A program made the translations under genes and the position numbers. Shown here one piece after another: positions 32,401 to 33,478 of a stretch of 33,478 nucleotides of DNA. The stretch's first letter is position 1. Every line of letters starts with the position of its first letter. This DNA is from Trichomonas gallinae. Its lineage: Eukaryota. Below the pieces are notes generated by a model. That model made no database searches, was not told where the DNA came from, and saw only the letters and a list, made by a program, of their open reading frames with translations. The stretch spans positions 1 through 33,478 of the forward strand of contig MRSU01004599.1 in the NCBI GenBank assembly GCA_008369845.1, in the 5' to 3' direction.

Positions 32401-32810
32401 CTTCTAAACAAATGATTGGCCTGACTGCTACAACTGATTCAGTAATTTTGTATTCGCTTTCTAGATCGACTATTTTGAATATCATTGATGTTGCTGCGAA
32501 CTGTGCGACTTTTGATGATGAATTAGGCCAGATAATCATTGGATCTGGGAGCGAAATTTTAATTTACACTTATAATGCTACTTTTATTAGAAAGATACAA
32601 CTTCCTGCGATTGTTTGCTCTGTTTTAGCTTTTGGAGGTTTCTCATGCGAGTCAAGATTCATTGGCGCCGGCCTTCAAGATGGTTTAATTTTGATTTTGC
32701 AATGCACAACGGAAAACCATGAATTATCTGTTATTTCTGCCAAATTCATTACAAGCTCACCAATAACAGCCCTCGAATTTGATGGCAGCAAATTATATCG
32801 GAAACAATAA
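26490..32810 (+). CDS. BEACH-domain protein (ConA-like, PH, BEACH, WD40)
   Basis: WKSGKLSTFDFLFMINNIAKRSTYD..AYPIYP, RDLSKPV, DRVFRSI, EIIPELYFIPEIL, PKWA..P.DFIEKFR..LE and WIDLIFGKKQTG.EAV...NVF. The start is uncertain (ATG at 26451 or 26490). Confidence 0.93.
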   Translation: MQGPSTDDFIKFFVEDGEITNDVEESMSFFFNNEQCCRNFLSKSGLRKIIEIQRSKDDMLSLNRILPFIKTNSFFKAIDSFMTEDIEAIIYIIIDSLLPPEQNITLIDLIFQTIFLISRNRRTLIKNLSDPLTRYSEYIKTASLPIVSMFGDLLKCSTEGYSWEIYTLLNKIFKYEACKRNSRLFILEIIADEIIWKDPRVAIEDWQIPEVSDSNDFFNAYTRVSNIYISNRKNDAYRIVEFLSFQIAPFPRDTVRVEAIIQYLSTLITGFQLNSEQFGDDKFLSLIIENTTPFNLAMYLNAMDGIMYLLKLILDNKRRRWATELVIDALVQALPHDTDDIIYNFLFQVFSNNICYSIVIGLLRNLQIPKVFELTRLINSVSPGFQPFFTKYDCFSGLPFDDPVFSMSFLSLMKDYIANYNCHAFDDWVVEQTSTSKVFQISPQVLSNFLPENPYDPILFPSLLLLTDFKPGPTLPSNKFLIGFYSIHVAQKLNKKLHSIDNLKSVVSRFIRTSDAFAILKEDNIKSIGLLTHRIDPSLYEFHPRRGKSWIAFPSNMNSIAFAIYIDSEIRDYPLFTISGQQFIIKNDTFLFHNNKKKIDITPKTWYYFGVFKADRNIHVYCQQYLIESFSARSIDLIVGSKEHDPGLVFYLSANVAFNVPLDRFMTSNYVMHPSALLIKNGYVTFVPIHSFDMVITKKKSVQKLFDLMLRTHDQDELRTLVSFISQLPLFSKKLGEWFFKKFAHNLVECIDRIDLSLLMIYVACCLSSSEFLALVPRWLSFIVADYRLWTNLNENILKEFVISLCGTLSHKKGFDWDLFYKLISPTIFVVMTNSKYEIVIPRLIEFMRVMLNNCHHMNTIQDFLMKIMSFNMLTKFFGKTINNDLANQMYSENEVVNNMQEEFLIMAISMGENKKVDFLGQSTRLFLSLFMSINISVTLISSIVMNPANDEFINHNINTVARAMQRLANERIVWDIFMSYAIGKPGVLDSNNEIQKPNAYPVFFAMLKTVFSSSDNQLIKSVLKAFSNMKIDSDQILKPSIFSYFIELISFKSPDLKLFENLQLNVDNTEFNIQQIKRNSKFMEFLNLQKITDEDPSVLYIEHISQFLEDLVNTIQSVDFNNFMMFMKVLIIYSHKFILNYFVFNFVKKVWNNNDLIPHFIVDLLTFILIMRQSEYFEFNLHQMIIERVNTSPHQASNFKDHLIYLIPLLDSEKQIELQQLIKGQSAEYMDDILYTLSIIKTKNVFNKFETFENFKIFVKSLVGYDDLIEKTSQIENFDDIYSLDLSVLDSEFETDKQRILSNLDQFFINKQKPVLYEIRHQLFVFENVKDNIDYTLSFLKNFYRNLNSYCRHNEKHKIHFYQRLYRETFSEVKNSEDLENLTKSFFISTIDVPPYFRSIISRSPFPLPHPTAEKYERQSFETFFGLTNFKEVSYLLPEYLPQIMSYSVVFHPECVNAWKQFCDIYKIDNNCTFSNAVFVRVDIREKSLVIKKESKLIILIGAELNDNSEMILEDMKPLFADSIIQSALIGEFGNCSLFLGRIVIMVDDITLIENYVILSNPNAVKIHSSTCGAFILEFAHTPPIEEFIGKRSMVPNKKEIVDNWKSGKLSTFDFLFMINNIAKRSTYDVNAYPIYPRLLKNLEDENYNENENIRDLSKPVQIVFDPEKLTEKCIKCFKSQKYHHAENLSNSILVCMLNVRFSPFCRQLWELNDGWDRGDRVFRSIPSLLSIKQKTQNEIIPELYFIPEILMNKNCFENMDLDFPKWATSPVDFIEKFRVVLENTSTKENLVHWIDLIFGKKQTGQEAVDSINVFNPLSYPVLQSISPLQQPENPMNSKRHTWMMNCGSVPFKVFNESIRVDSQNQKQFPDISSDFASVKNYEFSIDFNKNSSSLNLMSSVDGIVYSKLFKYGFTYNNLSISQNFLYFAVTTNIDRVLTYTIKYNANGKPSSFKRIGTLNCNHPKFTVISSKQMIGLTATTDSVILYSLSRSTILNIIDVAANCATFDDELGQIIIGSGSEILIYTYNATFIRKIQLPAIVCSVLAFGGFSCESRFIGAGLQDGLILILQCTTENHELSVISAKFITSSPITALEFDGSKLYRKQ

Positions 32811-32913
32811 TTTTTTTTATATTTGTTAGGTTTTTTATAAATATGTTATGTTTTATTATATTTCACAACTTTATACACTTAAATCCATGCTCCATTTAGC
32901 TAATATAATGATT

Positions 32914-33275
32914 TTATATCATAAATAAAATGAATGTTTGTGTAGTTTGTGAGTCTGGCAATGAACTGAACTTTTCCTGTTCCTCCTGGAATTTCGTCAT
33001 CATTAATGAAAACGCGGACATACTCTGTATATGTTGTAACGTTGTAAAGGCGGATTGGCTGTACTGGTCCATTTTTCCGCCGACTTCGACATAAATAGAT
33101 TGTGTTGGAAGGTAGTTGATGTGGCAGGCTGGGACTGTTGATGAGCCATCAATCATCTGGCGAAGATAGATGATGCCCTTAACAATGGCTTCGTTTGGAT
33201 TGAATTCATGAAGAACATTTTGCTTCCAGAAGCCTTGGCGATGAGTTTGTTGATGTAAGGAAAATCAATTGATTT
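32914..33275 (-). pseudogene. Frameshifted Hsp70/DnaK-like gene fragment
   Basis: Minus strand FPYINKLIAKA in one frame continues as KQNVLHEFNPNEAIVKG...LPTQSIYVEVGG in another, matching Hsp70 IP.VQ.LL...F....INPDEAVAYGA...PLSLGIE..GG; frameshift near 33228; no intact N- or C-terminus. Confidence 0.6.
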
Positions 33276-33478
33276 CTTTATATACTCGTTGATCTGATAA
33301 CGATAGAATGGATGAGTATTGCAATCATCTATTTGCTAAATTATGTATAGTTAATAAGCATAGAATTATTAATTTAGTCATAAAAATATTTTAATCACAT
33401 ACTCGACAAGATTTGGACTGTACAATAGTCTAACTCCAAGTCTCGCGATGTGATATGCATATGCAGATCTCGACATCA

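Noticed and set aside
33410..33478. Short inverted repeats at the window end as a transposon terminus
   Set aside because: Imperfect, truncated by the window edge, and no partner repeat or transposase is visible

Overview
AT-rich, gene-dense, intronless eukaryotic protist DNA. It is most consistent with Trichomonas vaginalis or a close trichomonad, based on TCA(T/C)T initiator elements just upstream of ATGs, M3+M5 core promoter motifs at RPL30, TAAA signals overlapping stop codons, an ML...R hydrogenosomal-type presequence, and TKL/CAMK kinase and BEACH family genes. About 16 protein genes are present: ORMDL, a 4-RRM protein, a TKL kinase, TMEM18, Cse1/exportin-2, a degenerate DHHC-like protein, a bacterial-type aminotransferase, a KATNIP-like protein, a Tctex-1 light chain, a 73-aa orphan, RPL30, a mini-HOP (STI1+TPR), NOMO, OsmC, a CAMK-like pseudokinase and a BEACH protein. 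There is also a frameshifted Hsp70-like relic. I saw no rRNA, tRNA, CRISPR array or recognisable intact transposon. The most interesting signals are regulatory. First, two ultra-compact head-to-head gene pairs appear to use each gene's start codon as the initiator element of the opposite gene; one is a 24-bp inverted repeat with perfect 10-bp arms. Second, TGACA motif clusters (TALE-homeodomain-like) recur upstream of several genes. All family calls come from motif recognition by eye; no database searches were run.
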